In this document: one piece after another, positions 47,901-58,300 of the stretch
Layout of the letters: each line of letters opens with the position of its first letter
How positions within the stretch are numbered: the stretch's first letter is position 1
Assembly: GCA_001643675.2 (NCBI GenBank)
Contig: LSRY02000013.1
Location: 620,001 to 684,000, forward strand
Direction: 5' to 3'
Length of the DNA stretch: 64,000 nucleotides
Source: Monocercomonoides exilis PA203
Taxonomy: Eukaryota > Protista > Preaxostyla
Notes under the pieces: model-generated
Told to the model about the DNA's origin: nothing
Seen by the model: only the letters and a program-made list of their open reading frames with translations
The model's database searches: none
Position numbers and translations under genes: made by a program

Positions 47901-50900
47901 GCAAACTGTTGCTTTCCCAGGTTGATTGAAAGAGCATCACCCTTCAAATAAATGTTGTTTCCAACAAATGCACTGCATTCGTTGAAAGACAAGTTTCCAA
48001 AGGCAAATCCGTAATTCTGCTTGCAGTCAAAGAACAGCCAACCTCCTTTCCCATCAGTTCTATTTTCTGCCTGACATCCATTTGTATTGCAATCAGTTAT
48101 TTCCAATTCTCCATCTGCTTCAAGCACCACTCTCATTGCTCCTCCTTTCATGCTCTGATCTGCAAAAATCTCACTGAAATTACACCCGGCTATCGAACAT
48201 CTACATCCCAGTGATGCGCCAAATAACGCTGAACTGTCTTTATCTTGATGAGTGATGTTGCTGAACGAGCAATTCTTCATTAGGATTTCTGCTGTTTCAG
48301 GTGCATTCATTGGTGGAACTATGTCAAATGAAAATAATGGCATTGCCAATCTGCAGTTTGTCACAGTCACAAACGCCAGATGGATTGATGATCCTTTTGT
48401 TTTGATTATAACATAATTGTTGGGCACTTCTGATTCATCTTCTATTTCTATTTGGCAGTTTGTAAGCGAGAGTACACCTTGGTCAGTCGATGAAGAAATC
48501 ACAACTTTGACTTCGTTGGAGATATGAGGATGAACAATTATCTTCAATTGTTCGAGTTGTGTGATGCCTTTGGATGAGATCATTGTTGTTCCACTTTCAA
48601 TTGCAGATGGCATTGTGAGAGATGCCTGCTGTTCTCTATCTGATTTCATCTTCACATTACTCAAATCGATCTCATGGATCACAAGAGACCCTGTCCTCAC
48701 AGTTATTACTCTTTTGTCGACAGTTTTGAAGCGAGAAAGAGCTTGATCTATTGAAGCGCATGGGTAGCACTCAAAGCCGCAGGCAATTGTGTCTGCCCCT
48801 TCCAACGAGGAAGCAAGTATTTCCGAGCCTATTGCCTGGAAAAGCAATATCAGCGGAATTGCATGTTCTGAATCGTTGCCATCAAACCCTCTCATGGAAT
48901 CGAGAGATATGTCTGCCATTGTTTTGGCAAATGGAAGGGTGCTGTCGGTGGCGCTTGCCTCCAAACTTGGGGATTTCATGAACAGATCGCTTCCGCATTT
49001 GGCAGCATTTGGCGAGCTTTGAGAAAAAGAAGGCTCAGAGACAACAAATTCGACATCTTGATGGTCGAACTCAAGAAATAATCCTCCTCCAAAACCCCCT
49101 TTCTTTTCGACAGATGCTTCACAGCCAGCAAATGCGCAGTTTGTGATCTCCAGATGATTGCTCGTTCCAATGCAGCAGCACACGCCTCCTCCGCATGCTT
49201 CGTCACTTTTTATTTTGCATTCTTCAAATGTGCATTTCTCAAAGCATTCGTGGCAAGTCAATGCAACTTCTGGCTTGTGCATGCTAATGGCACCTCCCTT
49301 GCCCAATGAGCATGTCACCCTCTTGAATGTGCAATTAGACACATTCACATTAGCAGTGCAACCAGAAATCTTCACAACAGATCCGTCTCTGATTTGAGAG
49401 TTTTCTATTATCGAGTCGTTCAACATGAAAGATTCACATGCATCTGTGACAAATATGGCATCCAGCGTGGATGTGCCATCAAAAGAGGTCGAGCGCATGA
49501 TGAGTTGATTTATCGACACCTGTCCTCCTCTTGCAGAAAGAAACGAAATGTTTGTCGATTCCTTTTTGATTGCAACCTCGCACTCTTTGACAATCAGCGA
49601 AGAAGACTTGCACACAATCAGTGCCTCTTTGAGGCCAATGCTCTTTGGCAGTGCAAATGCGAAGTTTGTTAGCGCCGACTTTGAGACTGTTTCAATCATC
49701 CCTGCTTGTTCACCGCTGAAATTGCAATCGTCCAAGCCAATCGTCACTTTGCCAACTCTTGACATTATTGTCCATTCGAAAGCATCAAGAAGCAATTCAG
49801 ATCTGAGGGAAAAGGGAGAATGAAGCTCAACAAAACGGTTGCTGTCTTTGAACCAAAGAGAGGCTGCAGACATAATTGATGAGCATGGGACCTCAAAATA
49901 CCCGCACCTGCTGAAATCTGCACTTTTCTCTCCACCAACATGTGCAAATACAGACATATTATCCCACAGATAGACCACAAGAGGGATGGACAATGTTTCT
50001 CCAGCTGTTGATCTCTCATATCCAGCATATCCATCAAGATCATTGCGTCCTGGCCCAAACTCAAGGGTTGTGGTGTTTATCAGTTTGTCCAGCTGCCAGG
50101 CATCGACAAATAGATTGTATCCCCGATCGGCTATGCATCCTTCAAACGCCAGCTGCTTCAAAAGAAAGTTGTCTGCATCTTTGTCAAGCTTTATGAGCAA
50201 TCCTCCTCCACAGCTTGGACTCACCAAAGAACCTATGGCCTGGCAGTTGTTCATCTTGACTGTCGCTCCTTTGTCAGATGCATTTCCTATTGAAAACGAT
50301 GATCCACGTTCCATGTGTATCTGCATCCCACCCCCGTTTCCTCTGAGGCACACGCAATCTGCAAAAGAAACATTTGACAAGCAAAACTCATTTCCATCCA
50401 AAAGTTGTGCTTCAAAAATTGCACCGTTTCCGCTTTGTCGAGTGATTGTGTTGAAAGTCACATCGCTCATTTTCAGATAATTTGGAGAGGAAAACGATAT
50501 CAGTTGCTTTTCGTTGCTGAATGTTGTGAAGCAAACAGAAGCAAGTTCTGCCAGACCCCCATTAACAATCATCAAAGGAGTTGAAAAAGTCGTTGCTGGG
50601 GATGCTTCTCCCTTTATTGTTGAAAATTGTATTGTCACTCGCCCACTCCCACTCATCATCAAGACAGATGATTGTGGATTCGAATTCGAAGAAGTGTGCA
50701 CCACAGTGAAATATGAAACAGACAAAATGCCAGATGACACTGAAAACAGTGCTTTTCCATCACCAACTGCATTGGAAGTCAGCGTTGATTCTTCGAATTC
50801 ACAGCCTCTCAAACTCACATTCATTTCATCAACAGGGATCGATCCGTGGATGTATGATCCTTCAGAAATCACTAACGGTTGTGAACTGACTCTTTTGCTA

Positions 50901-52531
50901 ATTCCCTTTTCGATTGTTCTGCAAGGCAAGCCTCCGAACCCACATTCACTTCGAGAATCGTTGCCAAACACAGATGACACGAACACAACTGGGATGGTTG
51001 ATGGAGGAGGTCCAAGCCAGTCACTGTGATCAACAGTATCAATCATCACTCGTATCGGACAACCACTCAGGGAGTAACTGTGAACGAAAGATTCATTTGT
51101 CACTTTTGTATTATAATAAGCTCCACCTGTTGAAATATCACAACCATAAGATGTATTTCCTATTGTGTTTTTTTCAAAGAAGCAAAAATCCAGCTTTGCA
51201 ATAATGCTTGAAATACTTTCACGTTCCCAAACAAAAGAAACTGCACCATGTACTGTAGACGAATTACATAAAATTATAAGACATTCTGATATTCTTAAGT
51301 TCTTAGAGGAAAAACAGATCCCCATTCCTGCTGTGTGATACGTAGCGACACAATTCATAATTGTGTTCATTTTGAATAAATGATCTCCGATGTCACTGCT
51401 AAAGAATAGTGCAGAATAAAATTGAGCATCGCATCTATCGAAGAAACAAGATGTTACAACTTCTAATGATGGTGAACGCAAGTTTAATCCTCCTGCTGCG
51501 TATCCAGAGGAACAATTTGTATAGTTACATTTATTTGAATAATGTGTTCCTGCACCTTCGTGGTTAACAGCTGCTCCATATACATAATAAGCGTTATTTG
51601 ATGCATTTATCATTTCGAATAAGCAAAATGAAACATTCAAAGTTGCATTTCCACCGATGTTCAATGCCAAGCCCATCCGATTTGAATCACTTATGTTTGA
51701 AAAATGGACTGAGTAGGCTATGACATCTCCTGAAGAATAGCTGTTGATGGAGCCGTTTGTCGGGAAGTGAGTTTCAGAAGAGTGGGAGAATGAAGTGTTC
51801 ATCATCATCATCAGATTTTGTGCTGGTGTGACAACAACTCCATATTGGGCATTGGGACATGAATAGAATTTTGAGTTCTGAATTAGGCACGAATTCCAAA
51901 TTGATGGGGTAGCATGTGATGTGAAGCGATGAGGAAGGGAGGGCGAGTGAGAAATGTTTGAAAAGCTGCATCCATCAGCAACAAAAAATGTGACATGGCC
52001 AGTTGCCAAAAATGAAGAAACATGAACATTTGTCAATGAATTGAAAGTGCAATCTTTGCATTGCAGCATGAATAACGAGCTTTCTTCACAATTCATTGTT
52101 AGAGGGTGTTGAATAACATGTGAGTGTGATGCTATTGAGAAATTAAATAACTCCACTGAGCCTCCCCAAGACGACACTTGTGAAGATATGTGGTCATTAT
52201 TTGATTGCACTCTGCACCTGTGCAAACACAAGTTGGATGCAAGTTTCAATTTGAAAGTGGAGGGAAATGAATTCTGACAGAAGGATGCGTCATTGATGAT
52301 GAGCGATGAATTTAACAGTGCAAATTGAGATTTCATGCAACATTCAGACTTTCCATGTGATTCTTGAATATTGATTGAATCTTGAAGAGACAGCAAATCA
52401 AAAATATGTGAATTTTGATGACAACAGGAAGGCATTGGACAAGATTTCGAAGATGAGAGGCATTCGACATTGGCAATAAGATTGAAAGAGAAAATAATGT
52501 AGCAAGAAACTGAAAACAAAGAAAATGTCAT
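40634..52531 (-). CDS. Giant intronless type-I membrane protein (3965 aa), paralog of 22816..34716
   Basis: Signal-like N-terminus and 8 GxD...CG....PC modules. TM segment identical to the paralog; pseudokinase tail near-identical. Confidence 0.85.
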   Translation of the reverse strand: MTFSLFSVSCYIIFSFNLIANVECLSSSKSCPMPSCCHQNSHIFDLLSLQDSINIQESHGKSECCMKSQFALLNSSLIINDASFCQNSFPSTFKLKLASNLCLHRCRVQSNNDHISSQVSSWGGSVELFNFSIASHSHVIQHPLTMNCEESSLFMLQCKDCTFNSLTNVHVSSFLATGHVTFFVADGCSFSNISHSPSLPHRFTSHATPSIWNSCLIQNSKFYSCPNAQYGVVVTPAQNLMMMMNTSFSHSSETHFPTNGSINSYSSGDVIAYSVHFSNISDSNRMGLALNIGGNATLNVSFCLFEMINASNNAYYVYGAAVNHEGAGTHYSNKCNYTNCSSGYAAGGLNLRSPSLEVVTSCFFDRCDAQFYSALFFSSDIGDHLFKMNTIMNCVATYHTAGMGICFSSKNLRISECLIILCNSSTVHGAVSFVWERESISSIIAKLDFCFFEKNTIGNTSYGCDISTGGAYYNTKVTNESFVHSYSLSGCPIRVMIDTVDHSDWLGPPPSTIPVVFVSSVFGNDSRSECGFGGLPCRTIEKGISKRVSSQPLVISEGSYIHGSIPVDEMNVSLRGCEFEESTLTSNAVGDGKALFSVSSGILSVSYFTVVHTSSNSNPQSSVLMMSGSGRVTIQFSTIKGEASPATTFSTPLMIVNGGLAELASVCFTTFSNEKQLISFSSPNYLKMSDVTFNTITRQSGNGAIFEAQLLDGNEFCLSNVSFADCVCLRGNGGGMQIHMERGSSFSIGNASDKGATVKMNNCQAIGSLVSPSCGGGLLIKLDKDADNFLLKQLAFEGCIADRGYNLFVDAWQLDKLINTTTLEFGPGRNDLDGYAGYERSTAGETLSIPLVVYLWDNMSVFAHVGGEKSADFSRCGYFEVPCSSIMSAASLWFKDSNRFVELHSPFSLRSELLLDAFEWTIMSRVGKVTIGLDDCNFSGEQAGMIETVSKSALTNFAFALPKSIGLKEALIVCKSSSLIVKECEVAIKKESTNISFLSARGGQVSINQLIMRSTSFDGTSTLDAIFVTDACESFMLNDSIIENSQIRDGSVVKISGCTANVNVSNCTFKRVTCSLGKGGAISMHKPEVALTCHECFEKCTFEECKIKSDEACGGGVCCCIGTSNHLEITNCAFAGCEASVEKKGGFGGGLFLEFDHQDVEFVVSEPSFSQSSPNAAKCGSDLFMKSPSLEASATDSTLPFAKTMADISLDSMRGFDGNDSEHAIPLILLFQAIGSEILASSLEGADTIACGFECYPCASIDQALSRFKTVDKRVITVRTGSLVIHEIDLSNVKMKSDREQQASLTMPSAIESGTTMISSKGITQLEQLKIIVHPHISNEVKVVISSSTDQGVLSLTNCQIEIEDESEVPNNYVIIKTKGSSIHLAFVTVTNCRLAMPLFSFDIVPPMNAPETAEILMKNCSFSNITHQDKDSSALFGASLGCRCSIAGCNFSEIFADQSMKGGAMRVVLEADGELEITDCNTNGCQAENRTDGKGGWLFFDCKQNYGFAFGNLSFNECSAFVGNNIYLKGDALSINLGKQQFALNMPTERERWNDFCGYGNDEAIEIPLALFEAEWNTPAFVNGVGGVDYPLCGFDWYPCSTITYAGNNRFNEEKAAIRLQSSFSFSKSVIFSDKAYEIDVESKGEKVKVEGIEENLKVSSFFEIRTSVAFSILTFLLPSFFAPCSLNSLFLCSKSTLSFKDVDLEMKVAGLQCKYSLIVATDCTIEIDGFGLSEIEFSGVSAFEFSGKEANFTVSAMTMSNVKRTEAGGLVEIKHGAHPVFQNLSSANSTYSSHCTILVEEACGLTLLECNMSGLKRTTDGGCSVVGVVGNENSMQINGCIFDDIVCSSSGSQGGSLHVKVLSGGELLFDNNSVCRSKVPAIDGDGGGLLITFESVEVAYSMKNVVLEGNDALWGKDIFLNCTKPSTIVDPLLWAGTAERGEEERNKWVFDFTDARINMTLLRFLFPTDDDIIYVDESLGNEMGSCGSGVNPCKELGFGYEKLGTSKTILHIQNSAWLLGEIDRKEEKLTIRGGDDKSEMHVATQGHIQLSSGPASTSLTLQNLLFFVPSTPGEHSEVIVGSVGRVSIVSCIFGDTEIECTNSYMWVVRGEGSTIQFDDLKIENIQFGSNCGICKADRGTVVVTQTVVANINIDGDELFCCGIGAALILNRSSVTNCGASNGVAICATNASRLEIFNSTFDRCKTLISEGGGINCKIGGKSSLTVQNVSFENCWVDEERSRGGAIFLHAFNDSSNTFSFVSLTFRGNKAHKGRDIFVECKSLNESITNERFNFKMFDSNNTKLVFAEGTDFTAFAERTMDLVLFLVPFSSNRIVVSRQGADIAGCGDEAVPCQTFRHGYWHIDSSSEEKNMLIDKNTSVRDSFDISKMNISSCSSEIMSRLRFEPTLETTGSNPIFHASGGFLFLHIIFSVPTTFVPDQASLISSSSDAISVSHVSLQSCSFELYSPSHDMILQFSLLSTTGGDVELCNCSVQSLHFSETPFAIASPMSIRSCSFNDISAPDSCAGGIMKINLHAHERLHMEDVSMTNSGCSQNNGNGGACFIDCTEAYATEQFLFNNTVFSMNVAKIGKNIFVLSASLNSSITTQAFSFNYSGLINDSNVFVGSDDIFTDTDLFRFLIPYANNTIFVSSSGADVLRCGSEDDPCESFWTGVNHLSHTDDGKQIFIEGVANVDNEYDLSGFAVASASILKEEDSQSEIVFSKKMNGTSGAYALNRNEMSICAIMLSIGKNFENSADCVILSEGDELLLRRCAFQSNAADNREADCSFVLMGRGKLSVDDLEMKSSSVRKSVFVMHDACVCEFHAVKISQCTIDRGCAFESVSSTNAANGIGLINVTDSALSSVTRNDNGGSAIHSTGQNSLVVLISRSQFVDCKAEMSMKGGAVSFFLNDGGELRISDTTMTRCSCSMSGRGGGIHVSTKVEGTLDILFQKMFFTGNTAGVGNDIFILCQNITKQINETQFRFSLKEGVYSSINAIYGSDTTDHMSDTNLMDFITIYESDLIIVSSDDGKNGKNERQCGSAKMPCFSIGYACFHLSSDITSMMLVDGESVVDEECILDNMTLTSLKRNDAAIRVQAGISQAGVSLITIQNHVILSRLSFVFERNALASHSSFIFMSSDSLRMESCSFTSPRTDQSQLSIPCTLFTVLSGDVYFSECAFSGLHLASSAISSCTGNVKVTSCSFKSMDYYASVIICDDGMFEICNTSFDGCFEKDYGAPLISFANAKNVSLKECSIVDSHSSAMKGGFVSFTSCTDICISSCLFDNTDLSNREENNINSQSSELCSWNSSLASLERSTASISDTLFSNASHGGLSASGVSVRIVKGEFVGNDPSIARFPSIRRNILCEHNGKLEIDSLKGGDGLLPNTSLWILNEGCELTGIPTERLSEFFIPSLSAVEVKENGDAAELTFKGRLLIPCNLSFQIVSKIDDVSSIETFPLSEDNFNSENEAKGKISMSLINSAAREEEVFVCILFGKGKAFSSTDSFILKNKSESQTSGDERIVEGKNKEKSIWPIVVVILAVVLLIVLIASIVLAVRWRKAKNEAEDLREIVNDNIRKDPKAFEMVTMEMSPEEQWRRAERETEKKNEERMKKRVYAKSLQHSESSEHLLAESGSTEYILGKDSDKIPEWMLEKDEEEEIRKRTPSPSTSSTSTTDTSDTESTFVRREDLCPTTSSMSNLVDAMACSTPHEKLIVDLRDSLFMMLHGRNKTKEMPIGTLQEREVSAAQILFWVANLALHSFDEMENPLQSLANLSPHIVLFSEHMVICIVMHSDLLSDDSDSSSISSSTVVTSASDDDDNDDSLPSSAFEDEDSFKKECLRWKAPELLINKNMKATKKSVVFSIGMMLWECLTLHIPFGEYEAVIAGDKIAKGEALSMCGNAASSFSLVVSECLSFQPSNRPSLVSILREFFQKFPESAKLPTMTDALFTNQQSAISRNSCCSY

Positions 52532-53270
52532 ATTTCGTTTTTAGACCTTAAGAACATAATGATGTGATGGTTTGATCAGATTTCATAATTGATCATTTTC
52601 AAATATTCAAAAAATTCAAAAGTTTTTTTTTCTCGGATTTTATAAACAATGAAATATTTCTCGATTATTTCTCAATTGGATGAATATATGGCTTGCACAT
52701 TTTGAAATCAGATTTATTAAAGAGTTTTGATCAAAAAATTGAAATAAAAGGAATTTCTGGAAATAGCTCAAAACACAAATTAATATTACAATGAAAATGA
52801 ATATATGAAATGAAATGATTAATACATTTGAAAATAATCAGATTTCAATAATGATGAATTTTTTCAGAAAAATCAGAAAATTTCATGTTTTTCGATAAAT
52901 AATTATATTAGAAGTTCAATTTTTCGTCATTTTCACAAATATTGACTGAATTATATTTTTTCATCATCAATAACTAACATTCTACCAAAAACCTATTTTT
53001 TCACAAAAAATTTATTTGAAAAATATATTCATTTTGATTCATTTTGAATAATTAGTTTTCTAAATTTGAATAATTCGTCCGACATTTCTTTTAAGTATAT
53101 TTTCTTTATTTAAATAGAAAATTGTGTCAAATGACATATTTGTCAATTTTTTGATAATTTATATGGAAGTTTTATTTGATGTTTGATTGTGCTCAACTTT
53201 GAAAATTAGAATTAACGTATTTTTTTTCTTTAAAAAAAACAACACATGTTCCAGTGATTTTAATAAACAT

Positions 53271-53514
53271 ATGGGTAATTCTTTTTGAAAAGTCACAAAT
53301 ATTTCATTTTCATTCGTATCAAATATTTCATATTTTGCTCAGATTTTTGTTGATATACACCAAACTTCACTAATATGGAATCTATTTCTGGATAATGCTA
53401 TTTCAAACATTCTTTTGAAGATTATTGAGTGGAAACAGAAATTTGAGCAAAACATGACATTGTTAATTTGTGTGAAAATTAAACATTTGTGACTTTTCAA
53501 AAAGAATTACCCAT
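53271..53514. mobile_element. MITE-like element with 42-bp TIRs
   Basis: ATGGGTAATTCTTTTTGAAAAGTCACAAATATTTCATTTTCA (53271-53312) matches the reverse complement of 53473-53514 at 40/42 positions. Non-coding interior. Confidence 0.65.
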
Positions 53515-54661
53515 GTTTTTGCAATAAGAAAAAAGAAAGGAATATTTAAGTTTTGTTATTCATATTAGTTAAATGAAATTAATATGTACAATAATTTTTG
53601 AGATCATATGATTTTTCAGAATTTTGATTCTTCAAAGGTTTTATTTCTAAGAAAAAGAATTATTCAATAAATTGAAAATCGTACGATTATTTGAACAAAT
53701 GAAAATGTTTGAGAATCTATTTGGGGGAAAATACGGACTTTCAAGCTTTTTTTGCACGAGGCATTGAAAAATTGTTTCGCTCATAACTTTGTTTCGCTTT
53801 CTCAGATTTCAAAATCCATTTGATTTTCATATCCGAAAACACGCATCGTTGAAATCAAAACATAAAGTTTTCCAACATTTCACAAATGTCAAAAAATGGA
53901 CTCATTTTTATTGTGTTTTTTGATCTCAAAAAGTCAATTAAAAAAACATTATTTTTCAATGAAAATGCCTGAAGTCAAATATATTGTCCCATTTCATTAA
54001 AAAAAAACTATCTTCGAAATAGGGAATGACTTTGTTGTGTTCATTTGTAATAATTATTTGGTAAGTTTTTCTGTTTCATTTTCAGTTGAAATAATAATTT
54101 TGTCTTTTTTATTAAAAATCAAATTCCAATTCCAAAACATTAATCGAAAGAATATTATTGCATTATCAAATATGAACAACCATATAAGAATCATTAAGTG
54201 AGCGAGAACAAGAATTTGATCAAAATAAGAATTTTTTATCATTTGGGTTATTCTTTTTGAAAACTCGCAAATGTTAAATATCTGTATCAAAAAAAATTCA
54301 ACCTTTTTTAATTTTTATTTATAGTTAAATCTTCTAAATTCTTTTTTATGAGCAAATTCCCCTATCTATTTTGTTTTTATGTTCTGATTAGCAAACCGAT
54401 GAACCTTGATGGATTTTTCATAAAAAATAAAGACATCAAGAAAAACTGAAAAAGTGATATTTTCGATCAAATAATCAAATATTTATTGAAAATAAAACAC
54501 ATAACATTTAAAGAGATAACATATATTTGCCCTGTGATAATTTGAGATGAGAAATGAATGAAAAAAGGATAAAAATGTTCCAACATTCGAAAATTCGGTT
54601 TAAAACGAATGCGATAATATTCGATGTGAGTGTTTCATGTTTCAACTGAAAAGCATGTGTC

Positions 54662-55018
54662 AATAATGGTGAACACTTTCAATAACTGCAGACAGTGGAG
54701 CAATCTCAACAACCATTGGTATGCGTATATAAACAATTAACCAAATAATTCCCTCATTGAATACAAACTTATATGACACACGAAAATAAAACGACTAATT
54801 TCATTGAATAAAGAAAGAAACATTTTCTTTTTTCGGAGAAACTCGGAGAATCATATTTCTTGGGTTTTTTCCAAAAAGAAAAAAATATTTTCGAAAAAAT
54901 TCACTGAGTTGGATAAGAAACAAAAATTATTCATATTTGTTCATTTTCACAGAAGGAATAATTGTGTCAATTGAAGAAATGAAGCTGTCAACGGTTGTTG
55001 AAAGTGTCCACCATTGTT
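54662..55018. mobile_element. Degenerate MITE-like element with ~34-bp inverted repeats
   Basis: AATAATGGTGAACACTTTCAATAACTGCAGACAG matches the reverse complement of 54985-55018 at 28/34 positions. Confidence 0.45.
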
Positions 55019-55334
55019 AACGCTGACAAAATTATTGTTTTTTTAACTTTATGTTTTTCATATGTTGCTATTTCACTCACTTTCATATTTCATCAGTCTT
55101 TCGAATAATTCAACTTTTTTATTGAATTACAATTATTTTCTTTTTTTTTCATCAATAACTTGTTCCAAATACGATTTGTTTCTTCATTCATTTCATAATT
55201 AAGTTATTCAAAATTGAGAATGACATATATATTGTTTAAAAAACAACAAAAAATTCAAAAATTCTATGTTGAACACTATTTTTGAAACAAAAAATCTCAT
55301 CGCATTTTTCTTTCTTGCCCATTATAAAATATTG

Positions 55335-58300
55335 ATGACAGAAGTATTTAAACAGATTGCATTTCCTGAAGCTGTAAAGGCAGTAGTTTGAATATATTCT
55401 TATCTATGCGTTAAACTTTTTTGAGTAGGAAAAAGAGCAGCTTTTTACTCCCGAAAAAATCCCTGCCCGTGATATTTTTCATCAATCTGAAGTTTAAATT
55501 TTTAATTAAAACTATTCCAACATTGTTTTATTTTTTGACATAAAATTTACAAGCCATATTATCTAAGTGATGATGGACTTTTTACTGGAATGATTTCATA
55601 CGATCTCTCAGAAACAAATTCGTACAGAAATGAGCATCGCCTTTTGAGATATATGGGTCCTAAAAATCACTACTTTGATTCATCTGGAAGCATAAAGATT
55701 GATCCTATCCCACTTATGTTGACACATATTAGAACTCCAGTATTTTCTCAATATGCCAATATGGGAAGGGAAAATAGTTCATTGGAGAACATAGAAACAG
55801 AAAGAAAAGAAATTAAAGGTTTAAAATCTCTTATCCTGTTAACGTAATGCATGTATTTCTTTTTTCAGAACTCGATCCAAAAGCGCCTGTTGTTAAAGAG
55901 AGTTTTAATCAAAATTCTTCAAGAACATCTGATCAAAGATCTTCATCACTTAAAACAGGAGGAATTAATTCTTCACCTTCATTTACTCTTCTTCTTGATA
56001 TAGGAGAAGTTTTATTTACCGAACATCAACTGGGAACATACGAACACATTTTAGCGCATCGTCTGATAGAGTTATTTATTGATCACTATAATGATCAGAG
56101 AATGGGGATTATAAATTACTACTCCTCAAGAATAAGCTCCTTAAGAAATGAATTTGAGAAATATCTTTTGGAGAATGGTTTGGTCACGGAAGAAGTATCG
56201 AGCAAAAAGAAAAAAGCAAAAAACAAGCTGATTGACTTTGGAAGTGTATCTGTTCAGATACGTGAAAGGATGCAGACCGTATTGGCAACGCTGAGGGAGA
56301 CCCGGCGGCTGAAAAGAGCGCAAGAGAGACGCGAGTGGGAGCGTGTGCAGCAGATCGGTGTGCACTGGGCGCAGATGCAGAAGGCGCGGCTGTTCCAGGG
56401 CTTCCCATCGACGTCTATTGCGGTGGAGATGAAGAGCGTGCCTGTTGACGAAGTTGAAGACAACGCGGTGTGGCAGGCAGAGCTGGAGGAGGCTGTGCAG
56501 GAGGCCGAGTGGGAGGCTGGGTTGGAAGACGGGCCGGCGGTCGACCGGTTCAGCCTGATGGAGGAGATGCGGCAGGAAAGGGCAGAAGACACGCTGCTCA
56601 GACAGATCGGAGAGCCGTTGATTGTTCCAGTCATCTCGTTTGTGTCTTATGACGAGGCACAGCGTGCTCTGCTGGTGCTGATGGAGGCAGAGCGGCAGCA
56701 GAAGGAGGCAGCAGGCCTGCTTCCACACGCCGAGGCTGTCGCAGCCGCTGCTGCAGCGCCTGGGCTTGTGCAGAAGAAGCGGAGCAGCTATGTGAAGAGT
56801 CTTTCTTCGGCAGGGAAGTTCTGCATTCGGCTGCTGATCAACGGACACGAGGTGTTCAGCTCACCCCGGATGCAGGCACAGCTGGGGCCGGCGGGGCTGG
56901 TGCTGCCTGTCGACGAGCACGTCTGCATCGACCTCCTCCGGTGGCCAAAGTCAACACGCATCCAGCTGATCAAACTGGGATCTTCCTCATCAACAACAGC
57001 AACATCATCTTCTTCTTCTTCTCCATCTTCAGTGTCTTCATCAGCATCTTCCTCTTCGTCTTCTTCCTCATCTTCCTCTTCTTCTGCCTCAACCCATTTT
57101 TCTTCACTGACCTACAAGGACACCGTCATTGCCTCTGCCTTCCTTGTGCTGCCAGGTGCAGAAGGAGCAGGCACAACCACCACGCCCATCCAGGAAGAGC
57201 TCTCCTTCTCCTCAAAGTCTGCCTACAAGCCCAGCTGGATCTCCTCCTCCTGTCTCAAACAGCTCGTCCAGCACGGCCAGAACGTGAAGGCGCTGCGGGC
57301 GGCGTCTGCAGCGACGATGCCGTCTCTCCCGCTGTTGGACGAGAAGACAGCGCCGATGTTGGATGTGGACTGCACAGCGCCCCGATTCGAGTCTGGCCTC
57401 ATCCGCTGCATCATCTCGTGGGAGAGAGGGAAGGAGCCGCCGCCGTCGATGGTGCCGGCAAAGAGGGCGGTGGGGAAGAAGGCGATTGGGCTGGTGAGAG
57501 AGGAGAGGAAGACACCAGGGACGGTGCTGCTGGAGATGGGGAGAGGAGGAGAAGGAGGGAGCGGACAAGGAGGCAGTTCAGAAAGTGACAGAAGTGGCAG
57601 CGGCAAGAGCACGAAGAATGAGCAGAACGAGTCAGCATCCAACGGGAGAGTGACAATCATGTGGGCATCAGAGCAGATGCAACAGCAACATCAGATACAA
57701 TATCTGCAGAAACAGGCACAAGAGGCCTCTCTGAATGCAGGACAGCAGCCAAGCCCAGTGCAGATGAGCACGTCTGATCGAGTCATTTCGTTCCAGCCGC
57801 CGTGGCGGAGTGCACCTTACCCGCCGATTTTGGATGTGTTTCCGCAGCCTTCGGATATTGTGCAGCAAAACACAGACCCTGTTCTGCAGGGGAAGATTAT
57901 CGTGCCAGCTGTACAGCAGACGGCTGATTTGAACTTTTTGCTTTCATTTGGGTATGGAATGGACTTCAACAGGAAGACAGTAGCATCGCTGAAACGGATG
58001 GGGCTGCTGAAGGAAGAAGAAGAGGGCGAAGGAGGAGAAGAAGAAGCAGAAAGGAGGAGAAAAGAGCCTAATGAGAAGGATATGAAGGCTATTTTGGAGC
58101 AGAAGAGGAAGAAAGCAGCAGAAAGGAGGAAAAGAGCAGTGGCACACACAACGTATTTTGCTGATGCGCTGGCAGAGCTCATCAAAAAGGAGCAGAAAGA
58201 AGGAATTGAAGAGGACAATGTGGAAGAAGAAGACGAAGGACAAGAAGGAGGCGCTCAAAAGAAGAAGAAGAAGAAGAAGAAGCAAAAGAAGAAAGGATTG

